In this document: positions 1 to 7,792 of the stretch, piece after piece
How positions within the stretch are numbered: position 1 is the first letter of the stretch
Layout of the letters: the number at the start of each line of letters is the position of its first letter
Assembly (NCBI GenBank): GCA_048571215.1
Contig: CP182352.1
Coordinates: 2,272,001 to 2,336,000, forward strand
Length of the DNA: 64,000 bases
Direction: 5' to 3'
Origin: Halarcobacter sp.
GTDB lineage: Bacteria; Campylobacterota; Campylobacteria; Campylobacterales; Arcobacteraceae
Notes under the pieces: model-generated
The model's input: only the letters and a program-made list of their open reading frames with translations
Databases searched by the model: none
Told to the model about the DNA's origin: nothing
Position numbers and translations under genes: made by a program

Positions 1-1
1 A

Positions 2-397
2 AAAAGAAAAATTGGTAGAAGAATAAAAATGAAAATAGGAATAACCTACGAATCTAAAATGAGTGATATAATAAATTTAAAAAATGATATCTATGAAATG
101 ATACATGATCACCCAGATATTGCAACAGAAAGAAATGCTATTTTAAATGTAACAAAAAAATTTGAAGCTATTAAAAGGGAGGATTTACAAGGGGTTAAAA
201 GAACACTTTTAGTATTTATTGATGAATACGATAATAGTTCAATAAATATCTTAGTTTATTGTTTCTCAAGAAGTCCTGATTGGGATAAATGGCTTGAAGT
301 AAAAGAAGATGTAATCATAAAAATAAGTGAATTGGTTCATAAAAATAATTGTGAATTTGCATATCCAACACAAACCTTACATTTAAAAAATAGTTAA
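2..397 (+). CDS. Small-conductance mechanosensitive channel (MscS family), C-terminal part; 5' end outside window
   Basis: Frame is open from the window start (KRKIGRRIKMKIGITY). Has the MscS C-terminal motifs 'SSINILVYCF', 'W..WLEVKEDV' and 'FAYPTQTL'. Confidence 0.85.
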   Translation, partial: KRKIGRRIKMKIGITYESKMSDIINLKNDIYEMIHDHPDIATERNAILNVTKKFEAIKREDLQGVKRTLLVFIDEYDNSSINILVYCFSRSPDWDKWLEVKEDVIIKISELVHKNNCEFAYPTQTLHLKNS

Positions 398-495
398 ATC
401 CCAACTATTCATTGATATAACAATAAGTTTGTGTATAAAGGGAAAATATAGAAAAATATAGTAAACTTTATAAAACTATGAATTAAGGATTTAAA

Positions 496-660
496 ATAAA
501 ACTAGAACCTTGTAGAAACTGTAAAAGTGAAATTGAACCAAAAAAAAGTAGGTGTCCATATTGTGGAACATTAAACCCTACAATTAAAATAAAAGAGATA
601 TTTGTAGGGATTTTTTTTGTTTTAGCTGTAATGACAGCAGTAAGCTATTTTGTAAACTAA
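496..660 (+). CDS. Small zinc-ribbon membrane protein (54 aa), not in ORF track
   Basis: AAGGA RBS at 485-489, then ATA-start frame (M)KLEPCRNCKSEIEPKKSRCPYCGTLNPTIKIKEIFVGIFFVLAVMTAVSYFVN*. Two CxxC pairs plus a C-terminal TM helix. Confidence 0.65.
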   Translation: MKLEPCRNCKSEIEPKKSRCPYCGTLNPTIKIKEIFVGIFFVLAVMTAVSYFVN

Positions 661-1193
661 GCTCTTTTTCTTATTACACCAATCAAAAAGCCCAAACCTA
701 AACCTATAAAGTGTGAATACCAAGCGATTGGTAAGCCTAAAAGTAGTGGTGCTACGGAGATAATTAATATCCAAGTGATTATCCCTTTTCTTTGTACCTT
801 ATCAAAATATGCAAAATACCCTAAAAGTACACAAATAGCTCCAGAAGCTCCCACTAGGTTTACTTGAGGGTCAAGATAATAAATATACGCAAAACTTAAA
901 AGTGAAGTTAAGAGTCCCCCAATAAAATATACTATAAGAAACTCTTTTTTACCTCTATATTGTTCTATTGGGTTACCAAACTGATATAAAACAAACATAT
1001 TCATAGCCAAATGCCCTATTCCACCATGGGCAAACATAGTAGTTAGGGGTTGCCAAAAAAAATCTTCTCTTGTAAAGTAGATATTTAATCCCAAATAATA
1101 TCCACCATATTGCATATTAATCTGAACTAAATACATTATTATCGTAATAACAATCACAATATTTGTTACAGTTAAATCTTTAGTTTTTAACAT
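657..1193 (-). CDS. Rhomboid family intramembrane serine protease
   Basis: WQPLTTMFAH, HLAMNM, GASG catalytic Ser motif, H..G..G. Confidence 0.93.
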   Translation of the reverse strand: MLKTKDLTVTNIVIVITIIMYLVQINMQYGGYYLGLNIYFTREDFFWQPLTTMFAHGGIGHLAMNMFVLYQFGNPIEQYRGKKEFLIVYFIGGLLTSLLSFAYIYYLDPQVNLVGASGAICVLLGYFAYFDKVQRKGIITWILIISVAPLLLGLPIAWYSHFIGLGLGFLIGVIRKRA

Positions 1194-1755
1194 AATTTTT
1201 AAACACCTTTATAGAACAATCAATTCTGTCTTTGATTGCATTTGTATACATAAACTGAAAATCAGTATATACCCTAAAAATCTCTGTAGAATTTATCTTA
1301 AAAGAGGTCATAACAGAACCTGCGTTTAGTTTACATTCTTCATTTTTCTTGTTTGGGTCTTTTTTGTCATTTTCTATTATCTCATATTTTATCTTCAAAA
1401 ACTTTTCTAAATCATTTTTAGGTTTTACACCTAAGGAATCAATATAAAAACCATCTAACTCATCCAAGGATACTATGTTTTCAATATTTGATTTCATATG
1501 TACAGCTTTTAAATATGAACCTTCTAGTTTATAATATCCTTTTTCAATAGCATTGATAGATTTTTTTAGAAGTTTTTCATTAAAAACTTTTGAGTATGTA
1601 TAACTTTGTTTTTCACAGGCTAGTTTTTTTATGGAATCTGTTTGTTTTTCAGAAATAAAATTTGTGTACAAAATAAGAACACAAGAGATTATTACTATAG
1701 AAGCAAGAGTAAAAAAATTATTAATAATTAAACTATCTCTTGCTCTTTTTCTCAT
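1180..1755 (-). CDS. Hypothetical membrane-anchored periplasmic protein
   Basis: 191-aa ORF with N-terminal TM helix, co-oriented between lon and the rhomboid gene. Confidence 0.7.
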   Translation of the reverse strand: MRKRARDSLIINNFFTLASIVIISCVLILYTNFISEKQTDSIKKLACEKQSYTYSKVFNEKLLKKSINAIEKGYYKLEGSYLKAVHMKSNIENIVSLDELDGFYIDSLGVKPKNDLEKFLKIKYEIIENDKKDPNKKNEECKLNAGSVMTSFKINSTEIFRVYTDFQFMYTNAIKDRIDCSIKVFKNYVKN

Positions 1756-1764
1756 CTTATTATT

Positions 1765-4182
1765 CTAAACTAAAGCCTCTTTTAAAACATCATCTATTGT
1801 ATCAACAGCTTTTATCTCCATAGCTTCTTTTACCTCTGAAGGGATATCATCTAAATCCCTTTGGAAATTTTTTCTAGGGATTAGGGCTAATTTCATTTTA
1901 GCCTTATATGCAGCTATTAGTTTCTCTTTTAATCCACCAATAGGAAGCACTTTTCCAGTAAGTGTAAGTTCACCTGTCATTGCCACATCTGATTTAACTT
2001 CCCTTTCACTTAAAAGTGAAGCTAAAGTTGTAGCCATAGTTATCCCTGCACTTGGTCCATCTTTTGGAGTTGCACCTTCTGGTATATGAAGATGGATGTC
2101 ATATCTTTTATATACCTCACTTGGATCTACCTTTGATTTTTCTTCTAACTCTTTTGGAAGTTTTGGAATAATATCTTGAGCAATTCTAAGCTTTTTGTTA
2201 TCGATTAGTAGTTTTACAACTGAGTATGAGATTCTTGATGATTCTTTCATCACATCTCCCATATTACCAGTTACATTTAAAATTCCTTTACCTCTAAGTT
2301 TTATTGCTTCAATCTTAAGTACATCACCACCCACTGCTGTCCAAGCTAAACCATTAGTTAAACCAATTGAGTTTTTCTTATCTGCTGGGTCTATTTCAAA
2401 AATTGGATTATCTAAAAACTCTTTTATGTTTTTAGTATTTATTGATACTTTTTTCAAATCTGGATTTTTAAGAAGTTTTTTTACTGCTTTTCTAAATAGT
2501 TTTGCGAATACTCTTCTTAAGTTTCTAACTCCAGCTTCCCTTGTATATTTTGAAATAATTAACTCAATTGTTGTTTTAGATAAAACTATTTCACTTCTTT
2601 TTAAACCATGTTTTGCCAACTCTTGAGGGATAAGATAATCTTTTGCAATATGATATTTCTCATTTGGAGTATATGAAGACATCTCTATAAACTCCATTCT
2701 ATCTCTAAGTGGAGCTGGTATTCTTCTTACATCATTTGCTGTTGCAACAAAAATACATTGAGATAAATCAATCGCAAAATTTAAATAAAGATCTCTAAAC
2801 TCATTGTTTTGTTCTGGGTCAAGAACTTCTAACATAACAGCAGTAGGATCTCCTCTATTATTTGCACCTAGTTTATCAATCTCATCTAAAACCATAACAG
2901 GATTCATACTTTTTGCATCAGTTAATCCTTTTACAATTCTACCAGGCATAGCTCCAACATATGTTCTTCTGTGACCTCTTAGCTCATTTACATCTTCCAT
3001 CCCACCTAATGCAATTCTAATAAGTGGTCTTTTAAGTGCTTTTGAAATAGAGTTTGCAAGTGAAGTTTTTCCAACCCCAGGAGGTCCAACAAAACATAAA
3101 ACTGTACCTTTAGATTTTAAATCATCAATCTTTCTAATCTCTAACATCTCTTTTACTGCAAAATACTCAGAGATTCTCTCTTTTGGCTCTTCTAAAGAGT
3201 AATGATCTTTATCTAATTGCTCTTCAACATTTTTTACGGAAATTTTTTCGTTTGAATATTGACCAAAAGGTATCTCTAAAACATTTTCAATATATGTTTG
3301 CAATAAAGAACTATCAGGTGAATCTTGGTGCATTCTACTTAATTTATCTATTTGTTTTTTTGTCTCTTTGAAACCATCTTTTGGCATAAAAGGTTTAAGA
3401 TTTTTAAGCCTTCTTTTGTATGCTTTTATCTCACTTTCTTTTTGATTATCACTTCCTAACTCTTTTTGGATAGCTTTAATCTGCTCTTTTAGAAAATAAT
3501 CTTTATGGGTTTTTTCTATTTTTGAGTTAACCTTTTGAGTAATCTCTTTTTGGATTCTTAAACTTTCAATCTCTTTTTTAATTGTTTCTATTATCTCTAA
3601 AAGTCTTATTTCAACATTTGTTTGAGAAAATAGATGATAGGCTTCCTCTTTTTTGATTCTTAAAACAGAAGAGATAAGATCAGCAATTCTTGTTGCATCA
3701 TCATTCTCTTCTATTGTTTTGATTAAATCAGCAGGAAATTTTGAGTTTACTCTTGATAGTTTTTTTACCTGTTCTCTTAAAACATCTATTATTGAATCAA
3801 CACTTTCTTTTGAGTACTCTTCTTGACCTAATTTATCAACTTGAGCAAATATTGGATTTTCAGGATCGAATTTTTCAATTTTCCCCTTAGCCAAACCTTG
3901 AAATAATACTTTAATTTTACCATCAGGTAGTGTTACTTTTCTCATAATATTACCAATAACACCTACATCATAAAAGCCATCTTTTTCTCTTTTGCCTTCA
4001 AACCCAGGTTTACTTACTGTAACAATTACAAGTTTATTATTATCAATAGCATCTTCAACTGCTTTTATATTATCTTCAATTCCCAAGAATAAAGGTGCAA
4101 TCATAAAAGGGTATAAAAATATATCATCCTCTATTACTAATGGTATCTCTTGTGGAAAAGAGTCATAATTTTCTAATTCCAT
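1765..4182 (-). CDS. lon: ATP-dependent protease La (Lon)
   Basis: LON N-domain, Walker A GPPGVGKT, RGHRRTYVGAMPG, PKDGPSAG catalytic Ser motif. Confidence 0.98.
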   Translation of the reverse strand: MELENYDSFPQEIPLVIEDDIFLYPFMIAPLFLGIEDNIKAVEDAIDNNKLVIVTVSKPGFEGKREKDGFYDVGVIGNIMRKVTLPDGKIKVLFQGLAKGKIEKFDPENPIFAQVDKLGQEEYSKESVDSIIDVLREQVKKLSRVNSKFPADLIKTIEENDDATRIADLISSVLRIKKEEAYHLFSQTNVEIRLLEIIETIKKEIESLRIQKEITQKVNSKIEKTHKDYFLKEQIKAIQKELGSDNQKESEIKAYKRRLKNLKPFMPKDGFKETKKQIDKLSRMHQDSPDSSLLQTYIENVLEIPFGQYSNEKISVKNVEEQLDKDHYSLEEPKERISEYFAVKEMLEIRKIDDLKSKGTVLCFVGPPGVGKTSLANSISKALKRPLIRIALGGMEDVNELRGHRRTYVGAMPGRIVKGLTDAKSMNPVMVLDEIDKLGANNRGDPTAVMLEVLDPEQNNEFRDLYLNFAIDLSQCIFVATANDVRRIPAPLRDRMEFIEMSSYTPNEKYHIAKDYLIPQELAKHGLKRSEIVLSKTTIELIISKYTREAGVRNLRRVFAKLFRKAVKKLLKNPDLKKVSINTKNIKEFLDNPIFEIDPADKKNSIGLTNGLAWTAVGGDVLKIEAIKLRGKGILNVTGNMGDVMKESSRISYSVVKLLIDNKKLRIAQDIIPKLPKELEEKSKVDPSEVYKRYDIHLHIPEGATPKDGPSAGITMATTLASLLSEREVKSDVAMTGELTLTGKVLPIGGLKEKLIAAYKAKMKLALIPRKNFQRDLDDIPSEVKEAMEIKAVDTIDDVLKEALV

Positions 4183-4228
4183 AGTATTCTAACTCCTATA
4201 TAATTTTTAAATTTTTTAAAATAGATAT

Positions 4229-4888
4229 TTATTGAAAAATAGATCTATACAAAGGAACATCAACAGGTTCAATCTCTTTTGGTTCAATCCAGCTTTTTTC
4301 AACTTTTTTATTATAATACTCAGCTGCTTTTGGTTTATCAATTCTTTTATATAAATCAGCTATCTCTTTATCTAAGGCAGCTTTTGCCATAAAAAGTCTT
4401 GAACTCATTGTATCTACCAAAGGCATGTATGGAGAGTTTGGAAAAGATTCTTTAAAAACTTCTATATCTTTTATAGTATTTTCAACTAACATTTGATCTC
4501 TTAGTTCATAAGAAAACCCTAAAAAATTTGCTTTGATTTTAAGATATCTTACATAATCAATATTTTTACTATATGCGTATCTTTTTATATATTCATCTAA
4601 ATAAAAGTTTGCCAATAAATACTCTTCTTCATCTATATGTCCATTTGCCAGAATAAGTAATGCAGTTGGTAAAAGTGGAGAATTTCTATGCTCACTTTCT
4701 AATGAAGTATAGGTATCATCAGCCTCTTCTAAATAACCAGTTGATATTTGACTTACCATTTTGTTATACCAATAAAGCGCAGGTTTATCATACTCTTGAA
4801 ATCTCTGTTTCTTCTCAGAACAAGCAGTAAATAAAAATGCAATTACAAAGATTATTGCAATATTTTTAAGCTTTAAAATATTTAACAT
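4229..4888 (-). CDS. bamD: Outer membrane protein assembly factor BamD (lipoprotein)
   Basis: Lipobox FTAC, TPR-like helices, FPNSPY motif, YY..KPKAA-type C-terminus; upstream of lon as usual in Campylobacterota. Confidence 0.9.
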   Translation of the reverse strand: MLNILKLKNIAIIFVIAFLFTACSEKKQRFQEYDKPALYWYNKMVSQISTGYLEEADDTYTSLESEHRNSPLLPTALLILANGHIDEEEYLLANFYLDEYIKRYAYSKNIDYVRYLKIKANFLGFSYELRDQMLVENTIKDIEVFKESFPNSPYMPLVDTMSSRLFMAKAALDKEIADLYKRIDKPKAAEYYNKKVEKSWIEPKEIEPVDVPLYRSIFQ

Positions 4889-5012
4889 TTGAATATTCCT
4901 TTTTCATAAAGTAAGTATTTTAACTAATAAAACCTTGGTACTGACTTACCTTTAGGGGTTTTTTTTATGATTAGTTGTTATAATATAAAAAATAATTTAC
5001 AAAGGTTGATAA

Positions 5013-5777
5013 ATGAAACTAACATTAATAGGAAATGGCTTTATGGCACAAGCTTTAGCCAAAGGTCTAATAGAAAATTTTGAAGTTGAGATTATTGGAA
5101 GAGATATTAATAAATTAAATAAAATTAAAGAGATGATTCCTAAAATAGAAGTAAAAACCTTAGATGATATTGAAAATATAGATAATAAAAATATTCTTTT
5201 TTGTGTAAAACCATATGCTCTACAAAGTGTTGCAGTTAGACTTCAAGGGGAGGCAAATATGCTTATCTCTATTTTAGCAGGAACAACACTTGATAGCCTA
5301 AGAAAACAGATAAAAGCCAAATATTATATAAGAAGTATGCCAAATGTAGCAGCATCTGTTTCTAAATCAACTACCACAATAACAGGTGATAATGAAGCAA
5401 AAAATCTAGCAGTGGAGATATTTAATTTTATTGGAAAATCTATTTGGGTAAACACTGAAAAACAACTTGATATCGCAACTGCAGTTGCAGGAAGTGGACC
5501 TGCATTTTTAGCACTGGTTGCAGAAAGTTTAAGTGATGGGGCAGTTAAAGCTGGACTTGAAAGAAAAATAAGTAATGACTTAGTACAAGGACTTTTTGAA
5601 GGCTTTGCACAACTATTGAAAAATAACCACCCAGCTATAATAAAAGACTCTGTTATGAGCCCAGGGGGAACAACAGCAGCAGGTGTAGCTAAACTTGAAG
5701 AGGGTGCAGTTAGAGACTCTATGAATAAAGCTGTAAATAGTGCCTATGAAAAAGCATGTGAGCTTGGGAAAAAATAG
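5013..5777 (+). CDS. proC: Pyrroline-5-carboxylate reductase
   Basis: IGNGFMA Rossmann motif, CVKP, RSMPN, AGSGPAF, SPGGTT. Confidence 0.97.
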   Translation: MKLTLIGNGFMAQALAKGLIENFEVEIIGRDINKLNKIKEMIPKIEVKTLDDIENIDNKNILFCVKPYALQSVAVRLQGEANMLISILAGTTLDSLRKQIKAKYYIRSMPNVAASVSKSTTTITGDNEAKNLAVEIFNFIGKSIWVNTEKQLDIATAVAGSGPAFLALVAESLSDGAVKAGLERKISNDLVQGLFEGFAQLLKNNHPAIIKDSVMSPGGTTAAGVAKLEEGAVRDSMNKAVNSAYEKACELGKK

Positions 5778-6051
5778 TTTCTCACTATTAGAAACTATAG
5801 TTAGTATTTTTTTACTCTCAATAATCATAATAGGATTTAGTAGATATTCCTATTATGATAATTTTGATGAAGAGTTTATGAAATTAAACTCAATCGAAAA
5901 TGCCTTTACCTCAAAAAACTACAATAAAAATTTTCTCACTTCACAAGTCTCTATACAAATAATAAAAAACAAAAAAGATATAGAGATAAAAAATGTAAAA
6001 AAACTTAACTATAATGATAAAAAAATAAAAGTGTTTAAGTATGAATTATAA
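5740..6051 (+). CDS. Prepilin-type N-terminal cleavage/methylation domain protein (pseudopilin-like)
   Basis: KNSFSLLETIVSIFLLSII class III signal-like motif; overlaps proC 3' end; start uncertain. Confidence 0.7.
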   Translation: MPMKKHVSLGKNSFSLLETIVSIFLLSIIIIGFSRYSYYDNFDEEFMKLNSIENAFTSKNYNKNFLTSQVSIQIIKNKKDIEIKNVKKLNYNDKKIKVFKYEL

Positions 6052-6391
6052 AAACTCTTTTACCCTACTAGAAATAATTGTTGTAATCTTTATTGGTTCT
6101 ATTTTTTTTATTTACACCTTTATTTTTACAAAAAATATATATGAAGTAAACAATCAAAATAAAAAAACTGCTATTTTAAAAATAGATTTAAATTCAACAA
6201 AAATAATCCTACAAAAAAATATTAATCTAACAAAAAATAAACTTATTTATAAAAATAACTCTTTATATTTAGATGATAAACTATTATTAGAAAATGTTAC
6301 TTCCTTCTCAAAAAAGATAGATTCTAAATATATACATATAGATATTACACTTGAAGAGAAAATTAAACAAAAATGGATTTTAAAGTTATGA
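6041..6391 (+). CDS. Prepilin-type N-terminal domain protein (pseudopilin-like)
   Basis: KNSFTLLEIIVVIFIG motif with E at +5. Confidence 0.75.
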   Translation: MNYKNSFTLLEIIVVIFIGSIFFIYTFIFTKNIYEVNNQNKKTAILKIDLNSTKIILQKNINLTKNKLIYKNNSLYLDDKLLLENVTSFSKKIDSKYIHIDITLEEKIKQKWILKL

Positions 6392-6729
6392 GAAAAAATT
6401 CATTTATCCTTCTTACAACCTTGATTCTAATCTTTATTTTTTCTTTTTTAATAATAAATATATTTGAAGTAAAAAGTTTAAACTCTCAAAATATAAACAA
6501 TCAATATAGATTTATCCAAGCAAAAAATCATCTTAATTTTTTGCAAGATTATATCAAGTCTTTAACTACCTTGAAACTACTTGATACAATATCAATAAAA
6601 GATGACAAATATAATATTTATGCAACTATTGAAAAAAAAGAAGAAAATTATGAGATAGATATCTATGTAAAAGCAAAAGATTTTAATATAAGTTTACATA
6701 AAAAAATATTTAGAAAAAAAGAGAGTTAA
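6373..6729 (+). CDS. Pseudopilin-like (GspK/PilX-type, lacking E+5) protein
   Basis: RKNSFILLTTLILIFIF hydrophobic N-terminus; third gene of the overlapping trio. Confidence 0.6.
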   Translation: MDFKVMRKNSFILLTTLILIFIFSFLIINIFEVKSLNSQNINNQYRFIQAKNHLNFLQDYIKSLTTLKLLDTISIKDDKYNIYATIEKKEENYEIDIYVKAKDFNISLHKKIFRKKES

Positions 6730-6739
6730 ATTCCCTTTT

Positions 6740-7342
6740 TTATAAAATCACATCCAAGACTTTTTTAGCTAAATTTAAAGCCTTTGTTCTATGGGAAAAC
6801 TCTTTTTTAACTTTAAAATCTAGTTCTCCTAAGGTTTTTTCATATCCATTTGGTATAAACATAGGATCATAACCAAAACCACCATCTCCTAGCTCTTTTG
6901 CAATCACCTCTCCATGCATCCAACCATGGACTGTATAAACTTCATCATCAAATACTATAGCTATACAAGCAGTATAATATGCCTTTGTTTTTTCTAAATT
7001 TTTCTCTTTTAGTTTTGAAATTAGTTTTGCGTTATTATCTTTGTCACTGGCATTTTCTCCTGCATACCTTGCTGAGTAAATACCAGGTTCATTATTAAGA
7101 GCAGGTACAGTTATACCACTATCATCGGATATCACTACAAATTTTTCTTCTAAATTTAATTTTTTAATTTGATTATAAATATTTTGAGCTTTTTTTACAG
7201 CATTTCCTTTAAAACTATCTTTATCCTCAACAACTTCAAACTCTCCAATTAACTCTTTAAAGGTTACAATATTATCATCTGGCATAAGTTTTTTAAACTC
7301 TTCAATTTTGCCTTTATTAGCTGTTGCTAAAACTATTTTCAC
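6740..7342 (-). CDS. rdgB: Non-canonical purine NTP pyrophosphatase (RdgB/HAM1)
   Basis: LATANKGK, SDDSG, PGIYSARYAG, GFGYDP, SHR motifs; GTG start. Confidence 0.96.
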   Translation of the reverse strand: MKIVLATANKGKIEEFKKLMPDDNIVTFKELIGEFEVVEDKDSFKGNAVKKAQNIYNQIKKLNLEEKFVVISDDSGITVPALNNEPGIYSARYAGENASDKDNNAKLISKLKEKNLEKTKAYYTACIAIVFDDEVYTVHGWMHGEVIAKELGDGGFGYDPMFIPNGYEKTLGELDFKVKKEFSHRTKALNLAKKVLDVIL

Positions 7343-7792
7343 AATCTATCCTTTATACTTTTTACCATTTCCAAAACCTTGAGTTGAATTTATATTAACT
7401 CTAACATTTTTTATCGGGCATTTTAATTAAATCTACTTTAAGTATTATTTATTTTTTAATTCAAGAAGATATTATTTTGTAAATCTTTATAAATATAATT
7501 ATACATACTAATCAAATCTTATTTAAAATCAAAAGAAGAAAAACATAAAGTTGATATTAATGTAAAATCAGATTTATTATTAATAACAGATGATTTAATT
7601 GATGACTATGTAATTTATGAATTGTTAGATGTTGAATTAGGTGATGATGTAACTTATTATGAAAAATGGAAAATTTATATATTAAATTTTTTTACTAGAA
7701 TTAGAAGTTTTAATTTATTTATATACCAATCTAAGTTCTTTTAAGATACGCTATACTTCTTAGATTATTAAAGATAAAATGAGAAATAAATT

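Noticed and set aside
2101..2200. Insertion in the Lon protease domain (IAQDIIPKLPKELEEKSKVDPSEVY)
   Set aside because: I recall similar insertions in Campylobacterota Lon proteins; it is too short and lacks intein motifs.
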